Assembly (NCBI GenBank): GCA_002728855.1
Contig: PBWA01000038.1
Coordinates: forward strand, 2,838 to 66,837
Direction: 5' to 3'
DNA from: Flavobacteriaceae bacterium
Lineage (GTDB): Bacteria; Bacteroidota; Bacteroidia; Flavobacteriales; Flavobacteriaceae
DNA: 64,000 nt
Notes under the pieces: generated by a model
Told to the model about the DNA's origin: nothing
Databases searched by the model: none
The model's input: only the letters and a program-made list of their open reading frames with translations
Position numbers and translations under genes: made by a program
In this document: positions 1 through 9,341 of the stretch, piece after piece
Numbering within the stretch: the stretch's first letter is position 1
Layout: each line of letters begins with the position of its first letter

Positions 1-3000
1 CTGATGCAATTGTTGAGGAGCTGTTAGCTGAAACAAAAAAGAGTTTCCCTTGATAGTCTCCAAGGAAGATATACCCATCAATTGTTGGTTCATAAACATT
101 AGTATTTTCGATCATTGAATAGGTATCAACAGTTAGCTGAATTGGATAATAGTGATCGTCGTAATAAGTTGTTCCAGAACTTGTACTACTTGATTGATTG
201 GTTGTGAAAGTGCTAGTGTCAGATATTTTAATTACCTCATCACCATCAAGATAGCCTCCAGTTATATTGATTCCAAATTTCAAAAGGGTTCCAGTTGAGC
301 TTCCAACAGTCATGGTTGATGTTGTAAGATTAGTTGGTACGCTTGAATAAGAAGTTACAGAACTGTTTTGATCACTAATGATAGAGAGAGAAAGCTCTGA
401 AGCCTGAACATCTAGATCAGGATCAGCAAGGGTCATGCTAATTTGAGATGTTGCAGGAAGAAATGCAATATCTTCTAGCTCTATCATGTTATTATACCTA
501 AGGGCAGGATACCCATGATTTAAATTACCAGTGATGATCCAATTTTGATCAAAATTTGCCCAATTAGCATAAGTGTATCTTGTGAAAAGTTCAAAAGTTG
601 TTTTTCCAATTTCTCTAGCCCCTGAAGTCGCTCCACTTGTAGTTTTAGATGACGTTTGCGTGTCCCAGAAATTATCAGAACCCGTTGAGTTTGAATCCAC
701 TCCTCCTGAGGAGCCCCCAACATTATTTCCTACTCCCGTCGCCCTACCTGTACTGAATGTATACTGTCTTCCTTTTTGATCTGATCTTGCAGATTCATCA
801 TAACCAACAAACCCCCCAACATTATTTCCAGAGCCAGTTACATTACCCATAGCATATGAATTTCTTATCATAGAATGCTCTCCTATTAAACCAACAAACC
901 CTCCCAACTTTTGAGTTCCAGAGACAGATCCGCTTGCATAACTATGACTAATGAGACTTATAGCATTTGAAACATTACCATTTGTATTACCTACCAGTCC
1001 TCCTAATAATTGTCCGCCGCTTACAAATACATGTGCTGAGCTATATTTTGTTGTAGCATTTTTTCCTTGCCTACCAATAAGACCACCGCCAGAGGTGTTT
1101 GCAATAACCATCCCGTTAGCATGACAGTTATTAATGAAACCCCTGCTATCACTTTCTGCTCCAAACAAACCTACAAGAGATCCTACAAATTCCCTTCCTT
1201 TAATATATACGTTTTCTAAAAACAGGTTTGCAACATCTCCACTTTGCGCAGAAGTACTGGGGTTTCCTGCGATAGCGCCAAACAAACCAACATGGTCTTG
1301 ACCAGGTCTGTTGATGTACAAGCCATAAATGGCATGATGATAACCATTATAGTTTCCACTAAACTGATTGGTTAGCGTTCCAATAGGGGAGAATCCTTCA
1401 AGTGTTAATGTATCAGTTCCTGCATCGTTCATCGAGCGCGAAGCATGTGCATCGATGTCCTTGGTTTGAACATACCATTTATCCCACTTGTTTGGATTTT
1501 CAGAGATCCATCTTAGCTTTTCAAAAGAATCAATGATGTAAGGGTTTTGAGCTGTACCAGCTCCTGTCGGCGTTACGCTAAGAGAATAAGTAGATGAGCT
1601 TCCAAGTGTAAATGTGATTGGAAGATCTCCAATGTTTAATCCACTGCTCATTAATCCTGTTAGGGCATTTCCATTTGTGTCAGTTGCTGTAACTGAGGCA
1701 TAAAGAACGACTCCTGGATAAGTTGCAGCTGTTGGAGACACGTTCCAAGTATACTTCCAATAAGTTGGTGAAATACTTGTCATGGGAACATTTACCGCTA
1801 GGTTTTGAGAGAGAGAAAACGTTGGAGTAGGAGCCATGCTTTTTGAAAAGCCAACGCCAATGTCTACAACGTCACCAGGATATACTACAATTGTATTTGT
1901 TGATGTGGTCGAACTAGCACTGTGGGTGATTCCGCTGTAATGAGACACGCTAATGTCTAGATTGTTTATTCTAGGGGTTGCATTTGAAGTAGTAATAGTG
2001 AGTGTATTGCTATATTGGGATGAAGTTATCATTTCATAGTTATTTCCTGCATAGTCATAAGTATCACTAACAACGTTAACAGTTAATCTATCCCCTTGTT
2101 CAAAAGATCCATTAAAAGGAAATGAAAGTGTATATTTCTTTCCATCCGTAGCAGAGGTGTTAGTAACAGACATTGTGGTCGGAGTAGATGAAGAAAGATA
2201 AGTACTACTACTGTTGATGGAAATAATAAAGTCGTTTACATCAATAGTTCCAGTTGAAGTACCGCTTACACGAGAAGCAAAAAGATCTTCAGTAAAAACA
2301 ACCTCAATCGTTGCAGTACTTGTACTTGCTCCTGGATTAGTACTAATGCTTGTTAAACTAACGCTATGAACTACAGGGTGAACATTGTCAATAGTAAAGG
2401 TAATGCTGTTGGTAAAGGAATAAGACTCTCCAGCTGAATTAGTAGCTGAGACAGTAACTATAGCCCCATCATTTGAAACATCAGGTCTATTTTCGACATC
2501 AACATTACCTGGTACGTTCCAATCATAATACCATGAGCTGCTGGAGCTTGCTGTCATAGCAGTATTTGTTACAAGGCCAGAGATGTTTATAGTAGGAGTT
2601 ACAACAGTAGATGATGCAGTAACACCACTAAAATTTGCCATTATTCGAACATTATCTATATCTGAAACCACTGTATCTGGATGGTTATGGGTTAGAGATA
2701 GAGTGGGTGATGGAGTAGTTGTTACTGTAGCTGCAAGTGATAATACTTCAGATTGAGTAAGTGCTCTGTTATGCATCATAAGCTGCGTCATATAACCCTG
2801 GAAAAAGTATGATCCGCCGTGACCACCATTACCATTTGCTTTTCCAAATACTAGATTTCCTGATGGACTCAGTGCGCTTGAATAATTTTGAGAAACAGTT
2901 TCCTGGCCATCAAAATAAATTTTATAGGTAGTACCAGATTTTGTTACACTGACATGTGTCCAAACTCCAGAGGGGAGAGGTCTAGATGAACCATCACCAC

Positions 3001-4231
3001 CTCCAGGAAATGCGATTGCTTCAACACCTTGTTTAGCGATATTTGCTGTCCATCCGTTGGAATTAACCCCCATAGTGAGTCCATTATTTGCACGATGCCA
3101 TATATGAGATCCGTTGTGATTACTTGGAAGATCATTTTTAATCCAAAAGGAAACAGAAAGATCTTCAACACTGCCATCGCCATCAAAGTCGAATGAATTA
3201 TTCTGTCCGTTAGTAATACCAAAATAACTATCTGTTCCATTGAAGTAAAATGCTGTAGCAATAGCACCACTTGTTTTGTCTTTTAGGTTTTGATTTTGAA
3301 CAAATTTATTAGCGTTAGAAGGTGAGAGGCCATAACTTCCAGCAGCTACCTCAGCTGTAGGATTTGAAGAACACATTGGCCAAAATGCCGTGATCCCATT
3401 TCTTACAGATGCAGGTAAATCTGAGACAGCACATACAGTTTCTATAATTGTGCTTGAAGTATTTACTGAGTATTGTGTTTGAGACCAAATAGCACCTCCT
3501 TGAAGACTTCCATTATTGCTATTTGAACTTGAATCAGCAGCAGTAGTTCCTGAGGTTTCATCTAGTTTATAGTAAAGCACTAGATTATTAGCGCCATCTA
3601 CTGATTGATTTTTATATGTGTTAATATCTGATTGACTTCTAGCAACATCCCATAAGCGAACCTCATCAATGGCTCCGTCAATATAATTTCTTGGATTCCC
3701 CCAATAACCAGCTCCTAGTCCAATTGGGTATGAAGTGCTTGTCATTGCACCATTACTATTTGTAGAACCTACCTCACTTCCATTAATATAGACCCTTAAT
3801 TTTCCTGCGGATCTTGAAAAAGAAAATGCTACATGAGTCCAAGTATTTAATGGTATTGTAGAAGAGGATCTTACATTAGGCCAATTTCCTGCGTATGTAA
3901 CTCTGTACCTTCCTTCAAGATAAATATTACCATCAATGTTAAGAAAATAAAGACTCCAGTCATCTTGCTTTTCAATAAGATATCTTCGATCGGAGCTTGT
4001 ATGATTTCCCGAACTTGAGGTTTGCGGCGGAGGAGTGTCAAGTTTAACCCAGGCTTCAAATGTAAATTGATCACCATCAAATTTAAGATCATTAGTTGAT
4101 GGAATTTTAATATAATCATTAGTTCCATCTAGCTGTATGTAGTTAGAGAAGATGTTGCTTTGAGAAATTCCAAAAAAAGGAAATAACAAAGCTATTAGGA
4201 TATATAGTTTTTTTTTCAAATAAAAAAGCAT
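1..4231 (-). CDS. Large secreted surface protein, N-terminal 1410 codons only: signal peptide, two LamG/ConA-like lectin domains, Ig-like modules, GLUG-repeat beta-helix. The C-terminus lies beyond the window start
   Basis: Absent from the ORF track because it has no stop inside the window. My own translation from ATG 4231-4229 (MLFYLKKKLYILIALLFPFFGISQS...) stays open to base 1. 'IDGAIDEVRLWDVARSQSDI' is a LamG_3-type hallmark. 'FTIDNVHPVVHSVSLTS' looks like an Ig-like module. GLUG-type repeats 'VGLFGAI','GSLVGLFG','GGGLIGR','LGGLVGN','LGGFVGL','VGGFVGY' followed by 'FWDTQTS' lie at nt ~1560-640. Confidence 0.85.
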   Translation of the reverse strand, partial: MLFYLKKKLYILIALLFPFFGISQSNIFSNYIQLDGTNDYIKIPSTNDLKFDGDQFTFEAWVKLDTPPPQTSSSGNHTSSDRRYLIEKQDDWSLYFLNIDGNIYLEGRYRVTYAGNWPNVRSSSTIPLNTWTHVAFSFSRSAGKLRVYINGSEVGSTNSNGAMTSTSYPIGLGAGYWGNPRNYIDGAIDEVRLWDVARSQSDINTYKNQSVDGANNLVLYYKLDETSGTTAADSSSNSNNGSLQGGAIWSQTQYSVNTSSTIIETVCAVSDLPASVRNGITAFWPMCSSNPTAEVAAGSYGLSPSNANKFVQNQNLKDKTSGAIATAFYFNGTDSYFGITNGQNNSFDFDGDGSVEDLSVSFWIKNDLPSNHNGSHIWHRANNGLTMGVNSNGWTANIAKQGVEAIAFPGGGDGSSRPLPSGVWTHVSVTKSGTTYKIYFDGQETVSQNYSSALSPSGNLVFGKANGNGGHGGSYFFQGYMTQLMMHNRALTQSEVLSLAATVTTTPSPTLSLTHNHPDTVVSDIDNVRIMANFSGVTASSTVVTPTINISGLVTNTAMTASSSSSWYYDWNVPGNVDVENRPDVSNDGAIVTVSATNSAGESYSFTNSITFTIDNVHPVVHSVSLTSISTNPGASTSTATIEVVFTEDLFASRVSGTSTGTIDVNDFIISINSSSTYLSSSTPTTMSVTNTSATDGKKYTLSFPFNGSFEQGDRLTVNVVSDTYDYAGNNYEMITSSQYSNTLTITTSNATPRINNLDISVSHYSGITHSASSTTSTNTIVVYPGDVVDIGVGFSKSMAPTPTFSLSQNLAVNVPMTSISPTYWKYTWNVSPTAATYPGVVLYASVTATDTNGNALTGLMSSGLNIGDLPITFTLGSSSTYSLSVTPTGAGTAQNPYIIDSFEKLRWISENPNKWDKWYVQTKDIDAHASRSMNDAGTDTLTLEGFSPIGTLTNQFSGNYNGYHHAIYGLYINRPGQDHVGLFGAIAGNPSTSAQSGDVANLFLENVYIKGREFVGSLVGLFGAESDSRGFINNCHANGMVIANTSGGGLIGRQGKNATTKYSSAHVFVSGGQLLGGLVGNTNGNVSNAISLISHSYASGSVSGTQKLGGFVGLIGEHSMIRNSYAMGNVTGSGNNVGGFVGYDESARSDQKGRQYTFSTGRATGVGNNVGGSSGGVDSNSTGSDNFWDTQTSSKTTSGATSGAREIGKTTFELFTRYTYANWANFDQNWIITGNLNHGYPALRYNNMIELEDIAFLPATSQISMTLADPDLDVQASELSLSIISDQNSSVTSYSSVPTNLTTSTMTVGSSTGTLLKFGINITGGYLDGDEVIKISDTSTFTTNQSSSTSSGTTYYDDHYYPIQLTVDTYSMIENTNVYEPTIDGYIFLGDYQGKLFFVSANSSSTIAS

Positions 4232-4255
4232 GATTTAGTACTCCCTTTTAATCTA

Positions 4256-4263
4256 CAAAATTA
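4256..4263 (-). promoter_or_regulatory. Candidate Bacteroidota -7 promoter box (TAATTTTG, fits TAnnTTTG) for the giant surface protein gene
   Basis: The reverse complement of caaaatta lies 25 nt upstream of the ATG at 4231. The motif is short and this genome is AT-rich, so chance occurrence is possible. Confidence 0.4.
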
Positions 4264-4341
4264 TCTTCAAAAAAAAAAAATTGATTGCCAATTTACTACT
4301 ATATTTTAAGATATAATAAGCTCACAGTAAATTATTTAGAA

Positions 4342-5709
4342 TCAAAATTGAGTGATTTGACCATCCATCCATTGAAGACGATCAATAATCCATGATTTCA
4401 AGTAATTTGTTTCCTGTTTGTATGCTTGAGCTACTCCTATGCTAGACTGCGATTCACTTACAAAATGATTAGGCCATATCCATTCACCAAGGATGGGCCA
4501 TTTAGAAAAATTTCTCTCTATTGCATTATGTTCATAAAGCATTTGTTCAATGTTTGAAATTCGATCAAGTATCGCATTATTAGAAAATGCAGCAGATCTT
4601 AGCTCATCCCATCTATTTTTAATAGCGGCTTTAAATTCTGGATCTTCCATAAATCTCTCCCACCAAAACGGAACTTGCCACCAATCGTCTGGACATATAT
4701 CATTGAATTTATAACTCCATCCCTGCGGTTTCTCTCCTTGGCAATAATTTGCGTTTCCAAAAGCTAAGTTAAAATCCCATATAGGGCCAAGAGTTAATTT
4801 TCCACCCTTTTCTTTATACATGAATGTACTTAATCTATATCCATCAATATTTTTTGATATTTCATTCAAGAGAAAAAAATCAATAAGACTCTCAAAATCT
4901 ACATAGTTTTTATAACCAGTTTCAGGGTCAAGAAATGATTCTGAATATAAGCTTGATTCAAAATCATGAATATACTGTTGTATATAATCCTTTTGATCAG
5001 AAGTTATATCATCTTCATCAGGGTATTCATATAAGAAATATATTTTTCCATTATCATTGATTTTTGATTCAAAAGAATTATAAGAGTTATAGTTACCACC
5101 ATCACCGGTTGCCTTATCAATTTTTATAATGTATCCACCACTAATATCAGCATCATTGTTTTTGCTAATAGCAACTCTATTTTTATCACGTTTTATTTTT
5201 TCCATAAGGACATAAACTCCTTTGTAATCATCATTAATAAAGAGTTCGTAAAAAGAGGTTTTGGTAGCATATCTTCCAATATTGTTAGACAGTTCATAGA
5301 TGATTACGTTCCTGACTAAACTTTTATCTGTATATGGCGCATATAGAATCCAATCTTCCTCTTCAGGATATCCGCCAATTGAGACATCCATGTCTTGGTT
5401 ATCTTTTGTCCAGGTTTCAAATCCGTAAGATTTTTTTGGAAACATTTGAGAGGAAGAGCCTCTATATTCTATGCCAATTTGCTGAGATTCAATAGGGTAT
5501 TCATCTGAAATAATTTGTATTTCAGCAGGGATTTTTGGTTCATCTACGATTGTTGCCTCGGTAGTAATTTCAATTCGTGGGAGTAGTAATTGATCGCCAC
5601 TAGTTGTAAATGGATCATCCTCTTTTTTATCACACGAGTAATTAACTAAAAAAAATAGCCCTAAAAAAAAGATTAAAGTTTTAGAACTCTTTAAAAATAT
5701 CTTATTCAT
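4342..5709 (-). CDS. CotH family protein, predicted lipoprotein
   Basis: ORF 4342..5718. Motifs 'GGYIIKIDK','FLYEYPDEDDI','LGPIWDFNLAFGNANY' are typical of CotH (PF08757). The ATG at 5709 (MNKIFLK...LVNYSC, lipobox-like Cys) is preferred over the GTG at 5718. Confidence 0.85.
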   Translation of the reverse strand: MNKIFLKSSKTLIFFLGLFFLVNYSCDKKEDDPFTTSGDQLLLPRIEITTEATIVDEPKIPAEIQIISDEYPIESQQIGIEYRGSSSQMFPKKSYGFETWTKDNQDMDVSIGGYPEEEDWILYAPYTDKSLVRNVIIYELSNNIGRYATKTSFYELFINDDYKGVYVLMEKIKRDKNRVAISKNNDADISGGYIIKIDKATGDGGNYNSYNSFESKINDNGKIYFLYEYPDEDDITSDQKDYIQQYIHDFESSLYSESFLDPETGYKNYVDFESLIDFFLLNEISKNIDGYRLSTFMYKEKGGKLTLGPIWDFNLAFGNANYCQGEKPQGWSYKFNDICPDDWWQVPFWWERFMEDPEFKAAIKNRWDELRSAAFSNNAILDRISNIEQMLYEHNAIERNFSKWPILGEWIWPNHFVSESQSSIGVAQAYKQETNYLKSWIIDRLQWMDGQITQF

Positions 5710-5771
5710 AAATCTCACGAAAGTTAGAAAATCTTTTTATTATTTTTGAAAGTTTTGATTACATAACTCAA

Positions 5772-5948
5772 ATGATATTAAAAGATAACCAAGGGAATGA
5801 TTATAAAGTTCAAGATTTAGAGGAATTTAAAAATCATATCCTTAACTATCACACTAGAAATGGTGAGGCAGATTATAGTATCCACGAGGAGAATGGTAGT
5901 TATTTCACTATCACTCCGTCTTTATTAAAAAAAATATTAAATGAATAG
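5772..5948 (+). CDS. Hypothetical small protein, 58 aa (MILKDNQGNDYKVQDLEEFKNHILNYHTRNGEADYSIHEENGSYFTITPSLLKKILNE)
   Basis: Hand-translated ORF below the track cutoff. Its stop TAG (5946-5948) overlaps the ATG of the next gene (5941), a coupling-like arrangement. No family recognised. Confidence 0.25.
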   Translation: MILKDNQGNDYKVQDLEEFKNHILNYHTRNGEADYSIHEENGSYFTITPSLLKKILNE

Positions 5949-6837
5949 AATTAACAATTTTTTATTCATCTTATTGATTCTACTTTTATCTATTTCGTGT
6001 AACGAAAAAGATAAATCAAACTCAAATATTGAGGAAAATTGGATATCATTGTTTAACGGGAAAGATCTAGATGGTTGGGACATAAAGTTTTCAGGGCACA
6101 ACCTAAATGATAATTATAATAACACCTTTCAAGTTGAAGATGGAATGATTAGGGTTGTTTACGATGAGTATGAAACTTTTGATGACAAGTATGGACATAT
6201 GTATTATGAGAAACCTTTTTCTTACTACAAAATTAGGTTTGATTATAGATTCCTAGGCGAGCAAACTCCAGGAGGGGAATCATGGAATGTTCGCAACAGT
6301 GGAATAATGCTTCATTCTCAATCTGCAAAAAGCAATGATTTGAATCAAGATTTTCCAGTCTCTATTGAAATACAACTTCTGGGAGGGCTTGGAAAAGGGC
6401 CCAGAACTACTGGAAACTTATGTACTCCAGGCACTCAAGTTGTTTTTAACGATAAACTTGATTTTACCCATTGTATTTCATCTAATTCAAAAACATATGA
6501 TGGAGATGGTTGGATTCATGTTGAAGCAATTATTTTGGGGGATCAATCAATAACACATATTGTTGAAAAAGATACAGTTTTGGTATATGAAAAACCCCAA
6601 ATAACTACTTCTTATTTAGATGATGATTGGGATAGATATGGAGTTACCAGTAAAGACTATTGGAAAAATATTTCAGGAAAATTATTGTCGGAAGGATACA
6701 TTGCTATTCAAGCAGAGAGTCATGCAATTGATTTTAAAAACATCGAACTACTAAATCTTTGTGGCTGTATGGATAAAAAGGCAAAAAATTATAAATCATA
6801 CTTCATAAAAGAAGATAATAGTTTATGTAAATATTAG
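5941..6837 (+). CDS. DUF1080 / 3-keto-disaccharide hydrolase family secreted protein
   Basis: Signal peptide followed by 'WISLFNGKDLDGWDIKF', 'FQVEDGMIRV' and C-terminal 'GYIAIQAESHAIDFKNIELL', the typical PF06439 layout. Confidence 0.8.
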   Translation: MNRINNFLFILLILLLSISCNEKDKSNSNIEENWISLFNGKDLDGWDIKFSGHNLNDNYNNTFQVEDGMIRVVYDEYETFDDKYGHMYYEKPFSYYKIRFDYRFLGEQTPGGESWNVRNSGIMLHSQSAKSNDLNQDFPVSIEIQLLGGLGKGPRTTGNLCTPGTQVVFNDKLDFTHCISSNSKTYDGDGWIHVEAIILGDQSITHIVEKDTVLVYEKPQITTSYLDDDWDRYGVTSKDYWKNISGKLLSEGYIAIQAESHAIDFKNIELLNLCGCMDKKAKNYKSYFIKEDNSLCKY

Positions 6838-6846
6838 TCTGCAAAA

Positions 6847-9270
6847 ATGAATAGAGTACTTAAATCAAGCATAAAAGTTATATCAATAATACTTGTCTTA
6901 TTTATTATCACTGCATTGTCAGCTTACTTTTACTTCAGTTCAAATGTTCTTACTTTTGAAACAACGTATTCCGATGAAAATTTTGATCTACAAGAAATTA
7001 CCATCAAAGGAAGGAAGTATATTGACAGAAACGGAAACAACAAACTTGACCTATACGAGGATCACAGACAAACAATAGGAACAAGGGTGGAGGATTTATT
7101 GCCCCGCCTTACAATAGAAGAGAAAATTCGATTACTTAAAGGCTCAGGAATGAGTTCTGCAATTGGAATTGGAGATAATCTTGTCCCTGGCGCTGCAGGA
7201 ACTACTGTTGGAATTCCAAGACTTGGAATTCCTAGACTTATTTTATCAGATGGTCCAGCTGGGCTTCGGATTCATTCTGTAAGAGAAAATGATGATAAGA
7301 AATATTATTGTACTGCTTTTCCAATAGGAACTTTACTTGCTTCAACATGGAATAAAGAACTTGTCAATGAAGTTGGAAGAGCAATGGGGAGTGAAGCACT
7401 TGATTACGGAGTAGATCTTATTTTAGGACCTGGGGTAAATATCCATAGACACCCACTGTGTGGAAGGAATTTTGAATATTATTCTGAAGATCCAATATTA
7501 ACAGGAGAAATAGGGGCTTCAATGATTAATGGAATTGAATCTAATGGGGTTGGTGCCACTCCAAAACATTTTGTGGCAAATAATCAAGAAACATCTCGCA
7601 ATATCAATAATTCAATTGTATCTGATCGAGCAATGAGAGAAATTTATCTTAAAGGATTTGAGATTATTGTTAAAAAATCCCAACCCTGGGCAATTATGTC
7701 CTCTTATAACAAGGTAAATGGAGTTTATACATCGGAGAGTAAACCATTACTCACAGATATTCTCCGAGATGAGTGGGGTTATGAAGGGATAGTGATGACC
7801 GATTGGTTTGGAGGAAATAATCCCTCAGAACAAATCAAGGCAGGAAATGATCTGCTAGAACCTGGTACAAAGAATATATGGGATGACCTTACAAAAGCAT
7901 ATGAAGATGGAGATCTTTCTCTAAAAGAAATTGATTTATCTGTTAGCAGAATTTTGGGTTTGATAATAAAGTCTAAGAAAATGAGTAATTACGATTTTAC
8001 TAATGAGCCTGATTTAGATAAAAACGCACTAATTACTAGAAGATCAGCTTCTGAGGGAATGGTACTTCTTAAGAACGAAGCTACACTGCCTTTTAAAAAC
8101 ATTAAAAATATTGCTCTAATGGGATCTACTTCGTTTAATTTCATAGCAGGTGGAACAGGCTCCGGAGATGTTGAAGAGGCCTATACGGTTTCTCTTGAAG
8201 ACGCTCTCTTAGAATCTGGTTATGAGATAAATAAACTTTCAAAAGAGACTTTTGAATTACATCTCAAAGAAAATGAAGAAGCTTTTGAGAAAAAAAATCC
8301 TCTTTTTGCGATGTTAGATCCAAGTTTACCACCTGAGATTGATTATCCAATTAAACTGATAAAGGAGTTTGCTAAAACCTCAGATTTAGCTATTATAACT
8401 ATTGGCCGTAATAGTGGTGAGACATCAGATAGATTAGAAAAGGATGATTTTTTGCTTTCAAAAAAGGAATCTCAGATGATTAAAAATACATGTGAGATTT
8501 TTCACTCTCTTGGAAAAAAAGTTTTAATTGTATTAAATGTTGGGGGAGTTATTGAGACAGCTTCTTGGAATGATTTACCTGATGCAATTTTAGTTGCATG
8601 GCAGGCAGGCCAGGAATCTGGTAATTCAGTTGTTGATATTATATCTGGTGTTGTAAATCCCAGTGGAAAACTTCCAATGACCTTTCCTGTTAATTTAAGT
8701 GATCATGGATCTGCTAAAAATTTCCCTTCAGGAATTAAGGCTACTATGACTGACTTTTTAATGGCAAGTATCATTGGGAGTAGTGAAGAAAAGCCTAAGC
8801 AGGAACAAACTAAAAATATTGATTACACCATTTATGAAGAAGGAGTTTATGTTGGATATAGACATTTTGATAAGAAAGAGATAGATGTTTCGTATCCCTT
8901 TGGATATGGGCTTTCATATACCGAATTCGATTATAGTGATTTAAAGATCAAGGAGGAAGAAAACGTAATTAAAGTAACTGTAAAAATAACTAACATTGGA
9001 TCATTTCCTGGCAAGGAAGTAATACAAATCTATACATCTAAACCAGATTCAAATATTGATAGACCAATCAAAGAATTAAGAAGTTTTGAAAAAACCTCTA
9101 ATATTCAAGTAGGTGAAAGTATTAATTTAAATTTTAATATTCCTATTTCAGAATTATCCTATTGGAGTGTAGAAAATTCAAGTTGGGAAATAGAAAAAGG
9201 AGTTTATGATATTTTAGTTGGCTCTTCATCAAGGGATATAGAGTTAATTGGTCAGGTTTATATAAATTAA
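6847..9270 (+). CDS. Glycoside hydrolase family 3 beta-glucosidase
   Basis: 807 aa with 'LSDGPAGLR','KHFVANNQE' and 'GIVMTDW' (GH3 nucleophile Asp context), plus a C-terminal Fn3-like domain. Confidence 0.9.
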   Translation: MNRVLKSSIKVISIILVLFIITALSAYFYFSSNVLTFETTYSDENFDLQEITIKGRKYIDRNGNNKLDLYEDHRQTIGTRVEDLLPRLTIEEKIRLLKGSGMSSAIGIGDNLVPGAAGTTVGIPRLGIPRLILSDGPAGLRIHSVRENDDKKYYCTAFPIGTLLASTWNKELVNEVGRAMGSEALDYGVDLILGPGVNIHRHPLCGRNFEYYSEDPILTGEIGASMINGIESNGVGATPKHFVANNQETSRNINNSIVSDRAMREIYLKGFEIIVKKSQPWAIMSSYNKVNGVYTSESKPLLTDILRDEWGYEGIVMTDWFGGNNPSEQIKAGNDLLEPGTKNIWDDLTKAYEDGDLSLKEIDLSVSRILGLIIKSKKMSNYDFTNEPDLDKNALITRRSASEGMVLLKNEATLPFKNIKNIALMGSTSFNFIAGGTGSGDVEEAYTVSLEDALLESGYEINKLSKETFELHLKENEEAFEKKNPLFAMLDPSLPPEIDYPIKLIKEFAKTSDLAIITIGRNSGETSDRLEKDDFLLSKKESQMIKNTCEIFHSLGKKVLIVLNVGGVIETASWNDLPDAILVAWQAGQESGNSVVDIISGVVNPSGKLPMTFPVNLSDHGSAKNFPSGIKATMTDFLMASIIGSSEEKPKQEQTKNIDYTIYEEGVYVGYRHFDKKEIDVSYPFGYGLSYTEFDYSDLKIKEEENVIKVTVKITNIGSFPGKEVIQIYTSKPDSNIDRPIKELRSFEKTSNIQVGESINLNFNIPISELSYWSVENSSWEIEKGVYDILVGSSSRDIELIGQVYIN

Positions 9271-9341
9271 TATTTTTAACCCTTTTTAAAGTTAATAATA
9301 CAATTGTTTACCATTCATTTTATTGCTAAAAATAGAGGTTC

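Noticed and set aside
520-4128. Short track ORFs 520..723, 573..779, 2944..3270 and 3871..4128
   Set aside because: All lie in other frames or on the other strand within the 1410-codon open frame of the giant surface protein.
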